A stretch of DNA of 64,000 bases from a bacterium (GTDB lineage Bacteria; SAR324; NAC60-12). Location: NCBI GenBank assembly GCA_965209155.1, contig OZ242383.1, forward strand, positions 4,064,001-4,128,000. Direction: 5' to 3'. The notes beneath the pieces were generated by a model. The model worked only from the letters and a program-made list of their open reading frames with translations, searched no databases and was not told the DNA's origin. This document shows, piece after piece, positions 9,218 to 18,779 of this stretch. The position numbers and the translations under genes were made by a program. How positions within the stretch are numbered: position 1 is the stretch's first letter; every line of letters starts with the position of its first letter.

Positions 9218-10216
9218 ATGGAAAAACGAAGACTTGGAAATACGGATTTGTATTGCTCACCCGTGGGATTTGGCACTTGGGAAATGAGCACCACCATGTA
9301 CGGCGCTATTGATACCGGAGAAGCAAAGCGCGCCGTTCAGGCTGCCATCGATCATGGCATCAACCTTTTTGACACCGCCGAAGTTTATGGCCCTTTTCAC
9401 TCGGAAGAATTGCTGGGCAAAGCGCTTGGAGAACGGCGAAAAGACATCATTCTCGTGACGAAAGTGGGTTTCGGCTACAGCGAAGAGGGACAAATCCTGG
9501 GACGCAATTCAAAGTATGTCCACATTATTAAACGTACGGAAGGGTGTTTGCGTCGTCTGAATACCGACGTGATCGACCTCATGCTCATCCACTGGCCTGA
9601 TTTCAAGACACCGCTCGATGAACCCATGTATGCATTGGAGCAACTGAAGAAGGATGGGAAGATTCGCTATGGCGGGGTTTCCAATTTCAATATTGAAATG
9701 ATGGACTATTGCCGCAAATATTCGGACATTTCAGTCAACCAGGTCGGTTATCACTTATTTGATCAACGCATGGATAAAGTAATCCTTCCCTATTGCCTCG
9801 AGCACAATATCGGATTCATGGCTTACGGCACCTTGGGTTTCGGTCTCCTCTCCGGTGCCTTCATTCCAGAGACGACCTTTGCTGAAAACGACTGGCGCAG
9901 ACATAAACATGCTTTTTGGCTTCCCTTGTTTTTAAGAAAGGAAACTTTCTTACGGGAGTTGAAAGTGGCAGAGCGCTTGAAAGCAGTGGCGCAGCGCTAC
10001 GGAAAGTCGTTGGCTCAACTGGCCATATCCTGGGTTTTGGGAAATCCTGCCGTCTCCGTGGCGCTGGTCGGTATGCGGAATGAGAAGGAATTGGTGGAAA
10101 ACGTTGCGGCCACCGGTTGGCGCTTGACGCCGAAGGACCGTGCTGAAATCGATCGCATTTTCGAAGAAGAAAACTGTCCTACCTATTTCGATTACCCGAT
10201 GGCCTTGGTCGACTGA
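9218..10216 (+). CDS. Aldo/keto reductase
   Basis: FDTAEVYG, LVTKVG, IHWPD and GVSNF motifs; ATG 9218 follows AAGGA. Confidence 0.93.
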   Translation: MEKRRLGNTDLYCSPVGFGTWEMSTTMYGAIDTGEAKRAVQAAIDHGINLFDTAEVYGPFHSEELLGKALGERRKDIILVTKVGFGYSEEGQILGRNSKYVHIIKRTEGCLRRLNTDVIDLMLIHWPDFKTPLDEPMYALEQLKKDGKIRYGGVSNFNIEMMDYCRKYSDISVNQVGYHLFDQRMDKVILPYCLEHNIGFMAYGTLGFGLLSGAFIPETTFAENDWRRHKHAFWLPLFLRKETFLRELKVAERLKAVAQRYGKSLAQLAISWVLGNPAVSVALVGMRNEKELVENVAATGWRLTPKDRAEIDRIFEEENCPTYFDYPMALVD

Positions 10217-10256
10217 TTGAAGAGTCTGAAGGGTCTGAGGACAAAAAGGAGGGAGT

Positions 10257-10697
10257 ATGATGATCAAGCGAATCAGTGGCGTGATTTTGGTGGTGACGGC
10301 AGTTTTAGTGGCGGCGCAAACGATTGGTGAGCCGCTCTACTACGTATCCGAAGAAGCGGGGGCCTACAGCCGTATGATTTGGGATATCCTGAACCCGTTG
10401 ATGCTACTCACCATCGTGTTGGGAGTGATTTTCGCTCACATCCGCAAGAGAGACCTCGCCGTCGAAGATGGCAACAGGATGATCACCCGGGAGTTTATAA
10501 CCGCCAACACCCAGTTCTACGGCTTCCTCTTCATGGGAATTCTTTTCTGCTGGAACTGGTTCAACACGCTCACTCCCGGATTCAGCGCAGTGGGAGCAGA
10601 CCCGCGCAACCTCGTCTGGTTGCTCATCGATGCCACCCTGCCGCTGCTTGCCGGTTCAATGGGAATCTACCTGCTACGGCAGGGCAAAGACGACTAA
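10257..10697 (+). CDS. Hypothetical membrane protein (about 4 TM segments)
   Basis: Strong RBS (AGGAGG) and four hydrophobic stretches. Confidence 0.7.
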   Translation: MMIKRISGVILVVTAVLVAAQTIGEPLYYVSEEAGAYSRMIWDILNPLMLLTIVLGVIFAHIRKRDLAVEDGNRMITREFITANTQFYGFLFMGILFCWNWFNTLTPGFSAVGADPRNLVWLLIDATLPLLAGSMGIYLLRQGKDD

Positions 10698-10807
10698 AAT
10701 CAAAACTCTCTAAAAACGTAGATCTTGGCCTGGAGGTTAGGTTACTCGAATTGTCGAAGATTCATGAAGATGCTGTGTTCCAAAAATCACTTCTAACTGG
10801 AACAAAT

Positions 10808-11293
10808 TCAGTCTTTTTCTTCCAAGGCATGCGCCAGGTTTTGAGGGCGATTGCAACGTGCCGTCTTGATGGTCAAGTCGAGACTATGATAGCGAACCTT
10901 GGCACGATTGAGCGTCTTACGTTGCTTCGGGTGAATGCTCTTTCCATGAAACAAGATGGGACGGCAGGCGGAGTTGATGGTTTTCGGTGCAAAGCGAACG
11001 GCGAAATCAGCGCCTCGTTGCAGTTGCTCGGACGCCTCCGATGCGTCAACATCACCACTCTTGAGTTCAATGGGTACTGTGAGGAGAGTTTCTCCGGCGT
11101 CGCTTGAAAAGAAAAGAACAAAATCACAGTGTTTGCCCGACATTTCGTGAGTTTGGAAGGCTTTGTCCAGGTCCACTACGATTCGGGGAGATGGTACTTC
11201 CTCCATGGACACCCGGCATCCGTCCCGGCTGCATGAAGCGCTGAGGTTTTCTTCACCCACTTCTGACTCTATCCCTTCGAGAACCTTACCCAT
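10808..11293 (-). CDS. Putative PD-(D/E)XK nuclease-like protein, partner of the upstream ATPase
   Basis: CDF...IELKSG...EQL pattern; start overlaps the ATPase stop. Confidence 0.6.
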   Translation of the reverse strand: MGKVLEGIESEVGEENLSASCSRDGCRVSMEEVPSPRIVVDLDKAFQTHEMSGKHCDFVLFFSSDAGETLLTVPIELKSGDVDASEASEQLQRGADFAVRFAPKTINSACRPILFHGKSIHPKQRKTLNRAKVRYHSLDLTIKTARCNRPQNLAHALEEKD

Positions 11294-12884
11294 CTTTGTG
11301 ATTCGCATTTCCCGTTACTTCCTCGAGCTGGTTCTGCAGGTTAGCCGAACGGTTGTATAGTTCTTCCGCCACTTTTTCGTAGTCCTCGGGTTCCACGCCT
11401 TCACTGCGGTCGAATGGAATTTCCTCCACCGTTGACCCCGACGGAGCATTGTCCTTGTGGAACAGCCAGATTCCCACCTCACTCGGCTTGAGCGAGTTCT
11501 CGAGGGAACTCTGGTCCATCAGGTTCCCGGTCTTCTCATCCAACTCCCCTTTCCGGATCAGGTTTCCAACCTCCTTGAGCAGCCAGTCGCTGTGCGTCGT
11601 GACCACCACCCGGACCCCGGTGCGAACTATACGGGCCAGTGTCACCGCCATCTGGGTCTGCGCAGCCGGATGGAGGTGAGCTTCGGGTTCCTCGATGATG
11701 AGCGTGTCGCCTCGGCTGATGGTTCCGCGCAAAAAAAGTACGATGGGAGCCAGTTCAGAGACCATTGAAGAAACACGAGTCAGCCGGATGTCCTCTTTTG
11801 ATTCCTGCGGTCGGTAGACGAATTCGGGATACCCTCCCGATGGGCCCCTCTTGGTCCGTATTTGACCGGCAAGCGCATCTCTCTCAAGGGCGTCAGCTAG
11901 ATTTTTCATCATATCGTCCGGCTCTTGCTCCTCTTCGTAAAGAATGAGTTGCTGCAGGAAATCGGCCATCACGCCCGAGAATGTCGGAAGTTCCGGAAAG
12001 CGTTCCAGACCACCACGGGTGGAACGCGTCACGAGGGAACTCGCAATCACGCGATGACTCTGCATGATACCACTCCGCGCGGCTGGCAAGTAATGTATCC
12101 CGGTTCGTTCACTACCAGCCATCTGCGGGAGCTCAAATAATATTTCAAATAGAAGATTCCAATATTCCTGTAAGGATTTGATTCTCCGAACCATTTCGAC
12201 CAATCGTCTACGAAAAAATTCCCAATCGTTAAACTCCGCAGTTAACCATCCTTCAGGAAAGAGGTCTACGTTCTCGATTCCTCCGTCTGTGGTGATTCCC
12301 GATTCCGACATTCCAAAATGGAAATGCCACAGGTTGCGATCTTCCTCGCGAATAGACAGCGAAATCTTCATCCCATTGGGTGAGTCAGACAATCGAATCA
12401 GATTGGAAACAGAATTGAGATCAAAACAGCGAATGAGTTCGGTCTCCAAGTTTGCCCCCAATAACTCCGGTTCCTTCAGTATAGCCTGGATAATATTTCT
12501 CACGTCCCTGGGTAAATCCGTGAAGCTGAACGGCCTTCCTTCGGTTTCCAGCTTTTCGAGAAAAGCCTGACATTCTTTTTCCCACGTGTCATTTTCTATT
12601 TTAGGAGACAACAATTTTTCATACAGACGCTTATGTCCTAGAAGAGAATGAAGAAATTGACGCGAGATAGGAATGCGTGAAAATCCTTCCAGAATCCTTT
12701 GCAATGCGTAGAGGAGAATGGCGAAATAGGTCTTGCCGGTATTGCTTGGACCAACGAATACCGTCAGGGGCCTCAAATCTATTGTAGCACTCGCAATGGG
12801 ACCTAAATCTGTCACTGAAATCCGCACTTCAGGAGATTTCGACATCCGTGTATCCATTGGAGCGGGTTCTTTTGGTTTCTTCAT
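11286..12884 (-). CDS. ABC-type (AAA_15/AAA_21) ATPase
   Basis: Walker A GPSNTGKT, YLPAARSG, VSSMVSEL signature, Walker B IIEEPEAHLHP, H-loop TTHS. Confidence 0.9.
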   Translation of the reverse strand: MKKPKEPAPMDTRMSKSPEVRISVTDLGPIASATIDLRPLTVFVGPSNTGKTYFAILLYALQRILEGFSRIPISRQFLHSLLGHKRLYEKLLSPKIENDTWEKECQAFLEKLETEGRPFSFTDLPRDVRNIIQAILKEPELLGANLETELIRCFDLNSVSNLIRLSDSPNGMKISLSIREEDRNLWHFHFGMSESGITTDGGIENVDLFPEGWLTAEFNDWEFFRRRLVEMVRRIKSLQEYWNLLFEILFELPQMAGSERTGIHYLPAARSGIMQSHRVIASSLVTRSTRGGLERFPELPTFSGVMADFLQQLILYEEEQEPDDMMKNLADALERDALAGQIRTKRGPSGGYPEFVYRPQESKEDIRLTRVSSMVSELAPIVLFLRGTISRGDTLIIEEPEAHLHPAAQTQMAVTLARIVRTGVRVVVTTHSDWLLKEVGNLIRKGELDEKTGNLMDQSSLENSLKPSEVGIWLFHKDNAPSGSTVEEIPFDRSEGVEPEDYEKVAEELYNRSANLQNQLEEVTGNANHKDG

Positions 12885-12970
12885 GGCGAATCTCCCGTAT
12901 TCAAGATGATTTTCAATAGTATCACTATCCCATGACGTGAAGGCGGTATCGTCATTCTCCAGGTATGCTT

Positions 12971-13062
12971 ACCTCGTGCTGACGTGGTTGATAAATTTGA
13001 CGGCGATACGGCCGGATCGGGGTTTTGAAAACGAATGGGAAGTGTCACGGTGAAGCGTTTCC
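12971..13062 (-). repeat. Degenerate second copy of the mod gene 3' end
   Basis: Translates ETLHRDTSHSFSKPRSGRIAVKFINH versus ETLHSDTTRPFPKPQSGRIAVKVINH at 15448-15539. Confidence 0.85.
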
Positions 13063-13064
13063 GG

Positions 13065-13613
13065 CTATGCATCTTTATTAGAAAATTTTCTGATTGCACT
13101 TGGAAACCATTCGACAAACCTCATTGCAGTTTTATGGAGTTCGTATACATCTTCGGAATTCTTTTCGAGTGAATAGCTTCCAAAGTTTTGATGGACCAAA
13201 CGGTTTCTTGCAAGCCCAATTTCCAGAAATGCCTGGATGGACGATTTTAGATCGTTGTCATTTTTAACCTCTCGTTCCATACAATTCCTGAAATCAGTAC
13301 CGAATAGAGAGAAGAATTTGTTAGCGTTACTTTTTTCCCAATCAAACCAGGAATGGTACTGCCGGGATACTGCTTTGTTTTTGACCAGATGAGCAAGAAC
13401 ATGGTCTTTTGCCGTAACTTCTTCCACAAAGCGATTTACCTCCTCGGTCAATCGTTGCTCGTAGTAACTGGCAGAAGCTATCAGGAGAGTCTTCTTGAGA
13501 TTATCATCTGCTACGTTGTGTAAAGATATTTCAAGTCCTTCTCTCAAGAATTTGAGAATCTCGGAAAACTCCCCGTGCAGGCGGTCCACAATCGTTGTAT
13601 GCACCATGATCAT
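13065..13613 (-). CDS. HEPN domain protein (MAE_28990 / RiboL-PSP-like)
   Basis: ASYYE helix and Rx4H motif RNRLVH; lies directly downstream of DUF262. Confidence 0.8.
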   Translation of the reverse strand: MIMVHTTIVDRLHGEFSEILKFLREGLEISLHNVADDNLKKTLLIASASYYEQRLTEEVNRFVEEVTAKDHVLAHLVKNKAVSRQYHSWFDWEKSNANKFFSLFGTDFRNCMEREVKNDNDLKSSIQAFLEIGLARNRLVHQNFGSYSLEKNSEDVYELHKTAMRFVEWFPSAIRKFSNKDA

Positions 13614-13616
13614 CTC

Positions 13617-14798
13617 CTAGAGGGTTCCCACGATTTCCAGTGCCCTGTTCAATCTCTTTTTCACATTCGCCGTTTGTGTCGTACTTGCCAAAGCAGCTCC
13701 ACTGAACTCCGGATCGGTTTCAAGAATACGAATTTTTTCGGTATCCAACTTCCCGTTTATACATCGATTGTCGGAAAATGCTTTCAGGTTCACCGCCGAG
13801 AATACTGCTTCATATAGTGCGATGTTGAATCGATTGTTCTTCTTGTTCATGAAAGCATTGTCCGGCAGGTCTGCGCACGCATTCAAAAAAGATGCAAAGA
13901 GGTTTTCAAAGTATTCATTTTGCTCGTCACTGAATCCTTCACAATTTTTAGAAAATTGATTGAGGAATTTGATCATGGATGGCGCATAGTTCGCACCATC
14001 GATAAGCATAGCAAATCCACGGAGAAGAATTTCAATATCCTTCATGTGCAGATCCGGTTCGGTCGACTGTAGAATTCTCCTCCATTTCTCTTCCGTATTG
14101 ATTCTGTAAAGCATTTCATAAAAATTTGAATGATACATACTCGTTCGGATTTCTTGTGGACGCAAGTTTACACCGCCCGTATTGAGGCGATTGAACACTT
14201 CATACATCGAAGAGTCGTCGTTCGAAGGTACGTTCTGTTTGACGACGATATTGCGGATCGGTCTCAGGTCGAACTGAGTTTTGTATTCACCAAGTGTCTC
14301 ATAGTTCAAACCTTTGAATTTACTTTTATGATCGGGGAGTTTTTCGGGTAATCGAAGATTGAAAGTCTGAAAATATTCGTCATTGTCAAGTATTTCGTCA
14401 GGGATGCTGCCTTCGTGATCGAAAATGTTGCGCAGGTCGATTCGTTTCTCTTTTCTGGGAAAGCGTTTCTTGATGAAATAGTAGATAGACATCAAACGTT
14501 GCTGGCCATCGATCACCAGAAATTTGTTACGTTCCTGTTCGTACAGGAAAAGTTGTGGTATCGGCAGACCGAGGATCAAAGATTCGATCAGTTTGGACGC
14601 ACGTCCCAAATCCCAGACAAAGTTACGCTGGAAGGAAGGAATACGAACTATACCGGATTCCACGAAGCTGTGTAACGTCATCACGTTGAAATCATTCGGT
14701 GATGCGGTTATGTCATACTCGTCAACCTGTATTTCGTCCTCATTATCCAAATAATCTTCATAAAGCAAATCTGATTCTTCATTCATAAGTTTCTCCAT
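13617..14798 (-). CDS. DUF262 (ParB-like, GmrS-type) domain protein
   Basis: PSFQRNFVW, LIESLILGLPIP, VIDGQQRL and VFNRLNTGG motifs. Confidence 0.92.
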   Translation of the reverse strand: MEKLMNEESDLLYEDYLDNEDEIQVDEYDITASPNDFNVMTLHSFVESGIVRIPSFQRNFVWDLGRASKLIESLILGLPIPQLFLYEQERNKFLVIDGQQRLMSIYYFIKKRFPRKEKRIDLRNIFDHEGSIPDEILDNDEYFQTFNLRLPEKLPDHKSKFKGLNYETLGEYKTQFDLRPIRNIVVKQNVPSNDDSSMYEVFNRLNTGGVNLRPQEIRTSMYHSNFYEMLYRINTEEKWRRILQSTEPDLHMKDIEILLRGFAMLIDGANYAPSMIKFLNQFSKNCEGFSDEQNEYFENLFASFLNACADLPDNAFMNKKNNRFNIALYEAVFSAVNLKAFSDNRCINGKLDTEKIRILETDPEFSGAALASTTQTANVKKRLNRALEIVGTL

Positions 14799-15000
14799 GA
14801 TTGATTTATTCCAATAAGTTCGCTAAAAATTCCCACATTTTTACACCAACCTACCCTACCACTGAAACAAGGCTCGTGAATACAAGGACATCTTTCTATT
14901 TTCAGTTTGTAAAATTAACATTTATTTCTGACCGGTACAACTTTGCACCTGTTCCTGGATTGCGGTGGAATGAGCAGTGGCAACATGACAAAATAGGCAA

Positions 15001-15413
15001 TCAGCGTAGGCTTCGGGGTATATTTTCCAAACGTGCTATCCAATTCCCGAAATGCGGACAAGCAGTTCGCATTGTACCGAGGCCGATTTCGAGCGCGGCA
15101 AGGGTCCCGTGAAAAGGTTTCTGATAGCCCGAAACCAATGTTCCGATTCTTTTGGATGGGGCACCCGCGGGAGAATCGTCGATCTCTTCGGGGTTGGCAA
15201 AGGCGTTCCGGATTTTCTGAAAGCATGCTGAGAGATGCGGATGGCCGATGCCATGACCAAACCGGTCGCAATTGCTAAAGAGAAGGCGCCGATGAAGTTG
15301 GATTTGCCGGAACCGTTGGGCCCGATCAACACGTTGATCGGGCGAAGTTGCAGGCGTTCTATACTCCTGATGCTCTTGAAGCCTTTGATGGTGATCCAGT
15401 CAAGTACGGCCAT
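15001..15413 (-). pseudogene. Deletion-fused remnant: ABC ATPase N-terminus joined to DUF4276-like C-terminus
   Basis: MAVLDWITIKGFKSI...LIGPNGSGKSNF from 15413; then NPEEIDDSPAGAPSKRI...IGLGTMRTACPHFGNWIARLE, ending TGA at 15001. Confidence 0.75.
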
Positions 15414-15424
15414 GTTATTCCCCT

Positions 15425-15771
15425 CTACACTCGAAAGACTTTCATGACCTCGTCGCCGAGGTGGTTGATGACTTTGACGGCGATGCGGCCGGATTGGGGT
15501 TTGGGGAAGGGTCGGGTGGTGTCGCTGTGGAGCGTTTCCCAGGCTTCCCGGTGGATTTCGGCTTTGAGCGTCGTCTTGAGGGCTTTGTACGGGTCGTTGG
15601 CGCCAAGGAAATAGGCGTATCGCACGAAAAAGCTCTCCTCGTTGTAGTCGGTGTCGATGAACCAACAGGCAATACCGTCCGCGCCGTCACTGCGAATTTC
15701 ACCGGTGTTGGGGAGGCATCACGGTAGGTGAAGCTTCCTACTTGATTGTTCACTTTGGACGTTCTGGCCAT
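15425..15771 (-). pseudogene. Type III-like site-specific DNA methyltransferase (mod), internally deleted
   Basis: C-terminal PNTGEIRSDGADGIACWFIDTDYNEESFFVRYAYFLG...GRIAVKVINHLGDEVMKVFRV. It is preceded out of frame by a probable N-terminal stub MARTSKVNNQV; the catalytic core is absent. Confidence 0.8.
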
Positions 15772-15838
15772 TGTTCTTTGTTTTGCGATAATTCTTTTAG
15801 CCGGTCAGTAAAATTTTCAGAGTAAAGCCCGGATGAGG

Positions 15839-17035
15839 TCACCGAGATACACCCGTTTTGTATTTTGCTTTTTGCTCATCTTTTTTCTCTTGCAGGCTAT
15901 AGTAAATGTCATCATTCACTTCATTTACAACCTTAATGACCTCGTCAAAGGTCGTTGCATAGATGCCGTCTTCCGCCGTGAGTTTAAAGGATTGAATGGT
16001 TTGCCGGTCGAAGAGAAATGCGCCGACCTGCTCCGGTTTCAGAATCTCATCATCGTCGTATCCGTGTTTTTTCCGCAATGTCTTATCATCGTCCCGGCTC
16101 AACATGATCAACGAGTTGAATTCACGCACAATATAATCACTGTGGGTACTGATGACAACATTCAATCCGGCATTCACTAGTTTTGCCAGCAAGCGGGAAA
16201 TTTTACGCTGGTTATCGGGATGAATATTCAATTCCGGCTCATCGATCATCAGGACGTCTCCTTCGCATGCCTGATGTTCCAGGTAAAACCACAGTCCGAA
16301 AAGACTTTTGACCGCACCGGAAGTCATGTGTAAACCCATTGAAGGGGTTTTTACGCCATCGCGTTTGAGTTGGTAGGGTTTGAATTCAATGCCGCCTGTG
16401 CGAGCGTCGACCTTGTATGCTCCGCCTGCCAGGTCTTTTTTCAACCGCTCAGCGAAGTCGTGAAAATCGTCCGCCCCTGAGCGTTGAGTTTCCACCAGGC
16501 TGTTTAACCAATCGATGTAATCAGCAATCGGAAGGGCATAGCGTGAGTGAATCACATCACGCAGTAACTCTGAGATTCTGATCTTTTCCCGGGAAGCATG
16601 GTGCAACAAAGCCGTGCGTCGCGTACTGAGCTCACGAAAAAATAAGTGAAGACCGTTGCGCTCGGCAGGCATCAGGAAAATATCATTTTTTTGTTTATAC
16701 TTAATAATACTTTGCCAGTCTTTTCTGGTTTTAAGATGGAAATTTGCACTGTTCAGCTGTTTGGACGATGTATTGAACACAAAATTCGCGAGTCCTGACG
16801 ACACGATCTTGTTGAATTTATCCAGATTCCAATGATCATTACTCTCCTCATTATCTTTTAATATTTTTAATAGACAACTATATGAATAGTATAGTGAATA
16901 CAGGGTCCAGGTTTTACCCGCGTTGTTGGGGCCGCAAAAAACAGTGAGGGGTCGTTGTACAAACTCTCCCTTGTTGATGCTTCCCAGATTTTTTACCTCA
17001 AAAGTCAACTCTGTCTGAAATCCATGCATGGGCAT
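15839..17035 (-). CDS. ABC-type (AAA_15/AAA_21) ATPase
   Basis: GPNNAGKT, MPAERNG, SGAVKSL, MIDEPELNIHP and STHS motifs. The overlapping downstream partner (MSKKQNTK..., from 15879) stops after about 20 codons. Confidence 0.88.
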   Translation of the reverse strand: MPMHGFQTELTFEVKNLGSINKGEFVQRPLTVFCGPNNAGKTWTLYSLYYSYSCLLKILKDNEESNDHWNLDKFNKIVSSGLANFVFNTSSKQLNSANFHLKTRKDWQSIIKYKQKNDIFLMPAERNGLHLFFRELSTRRTALLHHASREKIRISELLRDVIHSRYALPIADYIDWLNSLVETQRSGADDFHDFAERLKKDLAGGAYKVDARTGGIEFKPYQLKRDGVKTPSMGLHMTSGAVKSLFGLWFYLEHQACEGDVLMIDEPELNIHPDNQRKISRLLAKLVNAGLNVVISTHSDYIVREFNSLIMLSRDDDKTLRKKHGYDDDEILKPEQVGAFLFDRQTIQSFKLTAEDGIYATTFDEVIKVVNEVNDDIYYSLQEKKDEQKAKYKTGVSR

Positions 17036-17042
17036 AACTCTG

Positions 17043-17420
17043 TCATATCTCCATCAGCGTTGTGAGATCGCAAGTGTCAATCCAACTCTTGATCCTCTCT
17101 TGCGTCTCGCGACCTGCCACTCGAGAAATATCTCAGGTAGCCTGGCAGCGTTTGCAAATAACATACTGAACCAATTTGTGACCTGGAAATTGAAGTCCAA
17201 GTTGGCTGCCATCCTCCCCATTCCAGATGGTGCAAAGGTTGCCATTGTCCTTAAGCGCCAATCCTGCTTTTTTCGGGAAGGAAATTTTCCCAACGAATGA
17301 CCAGGAGTCCCTCTCGGATGCCTCGTTCACCGAGAAACTATTAAGCGCAGCATAGTTGCGTAAGACTTCGATGCGGTTCCGGTAGATCAGCAATTCCTGA
17401 GTCAGTCTTCGCTTGTTCAT
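17043..17420 (-). pseudogene. Hypothetical protein with an internal stop
   Basis: ORF 17420-17133 continues in frame after TGA (DISRVAGRETQERIK...LMEI*). Confidence 0.45.
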
Positions 17421-17447
17421 TCTACAACCTTTGATTTGTTTTATCCA

Positions 17448-17610
17448 TCATACCATCCCCTGCCTTGATTGCGCTGCGAGCAACTCGTCGAACTCCCGTT
17501 GGATCTCATAGACGTCGGTGAACTCGGCAAAGGCCCAACGACCGTAGTGGCGGAGATTGTTTACGCCGGGCACCCAGTAGGTATCCTTGGTGGTTTTTTT
17601 TGAATCCTCG
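17448..17610 (-). pseudogene. C-terminal remnant of a type III-like restriction subunit (BPTD_3080-like)
   Basis: Manual translation EDSKKTTKDTYWVPGVNNLRHYGRWAFAEFTDVYEIQREFD matches the conserved C-terminus of this family. Confidence 0.75.
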
Positions 17611-17622
17611 TCGTATGGATGT

Positions 17623-17661
17623 TTAATACAAATTTGATCATTTACTAATATTGCGCTAACA
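17623..17661 (+). promoter_or_regulatory. Candidate Pho boxes upstream of pstS
   Basis: TTAATA (17623), TTGATC (17634), CTAATA (17645) and CTAACA (17656) at exact 11-bp spacing. Confidence 0.55.
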
Positions 17662-17770
17662 ATTGCTACCTAAAATAAACCCGTTCCAGCAAAAGAATTT
17701 GGAATGTGGAGCAACATTTTGCTGTTCCACCATGATTGAACCTGTTTTGAAAGGAATAGGAGTAATTTAT

Positions 17771-18760
17771 ATGAAGAAATTTCTTAAAAATTCAGCATGT
17801 GGTTTGTTGATAGGTGGAATCTTGTGTGGGGCCTCCATCGTTTGGGGACAGGCAAAAGTGGATGACAGGTTGTCGGATTATGCAAAAACGTCAGGGGTCG
17901 CCGGAAATTTAAGCAGCGTTGGTTCAGATACCCTGAACAACCTGATGACCCTTTGGGCCGAATCATTTCGGAAAGAATATCCCAGCGTGAACGTTCAAAT
18001 TGAGGGGAAAGGGTCCAGTACCGCGCCTCCCGCATTGATTGAAGGAGTTTCGCAATTGGGTCCGATGTCCCGCAAAATGAAGAGTAAAGAAATCAATGCT
18101 TTCGAGAAAAAGTATGGCTTCAAGCCAACAGCGATTGGAGTGGCACTGGACTCCCTGGTCGTTTTTGTGAATAAGGACAATCCGATCGAAGCATTGTCTT
18201 TGGAAGAAGTGGATGCGATTTTCTCCAGGACCCGAAAAGGGGGACACCCGGACGTCGCCACCTGGGACCAATTGGGACTCTCGGGTGATTGGACGAATCG
18301 CGCCATCAGTCTCTATGGCCGTAATTCCGCATCCGGTACCTATGGTTATTTCAAATCCAACGCATTGTTCAAGGGTGACTTTAAGAATACGGTGAAAGAG
18401 CAGCCCGGGTCCGCTTCCGTGGTTTTGGGGGTTACGGAAGAATTAGGAGCGATCGGATATTCCGGCATCGGATACCAAACTTCCGGGGTCCGCGCACTTC
18501 CCCTATCCAGGAAAAAAGGTGAAGCAGCTTATGAACCAAATTACGCCAACGTGCTTTCTGGCAAATACCCACTGGCCCGCATGCTTTATGTCTACGTGGT
18601 GAAAGCACCAGGGAAACCGTTTACCAAGCTCACCCTGGAGTTTTTCAAGTTCGTCTTATCAAAACAAGGACAAGAAATCGTCGTCAAAGACGGTTACCTG
18701 CCACTTCCTGAAAAAGTCGTGAAAAAACAGTTGGATCTCCTTGAAGAGAAAACGATGTGA
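17771..18760 (+). CDS. pstS: Phosphate ABC transporter substrate-binding protein
   Basis: VGSDTL, GKGSSTA, GRNSASGT and YPLAR motifs; signal peptide; first gene of the pst operon. Confidence 0.95.
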   Translation: MKKFLKNSACGLLIGGILCGASIVWGQAKVDDRLSDYAKTSGVAGNLSSVGSDTLNNLMTLWAESFRKEYPSVNVQIEGKGSSTAPPALIEGVSQLGPMSRKMKSKEINAFEKKYGFKPTAIGVALDSLVVFVNKDNPIEALSLEEVDAIFSRTRKGGHPDVATWDQLGLSGDWTNRAISLYGRNSASGTYGYFKSNALFKGDFKNTVKEQPGSASVVLGVTEELGAIGYSGIGYQTSGVRALPLSRKKGEAAYEPNYANVLSGKYPLARMLYVYVVKAPGKPFTKLTLEFFKFVLSKQGQEIVVKDGYLPLPEKVVKKQLDLLEEKTM

Positions 18761-18779
18761 TGGGTTGCAAAGGCCATTT

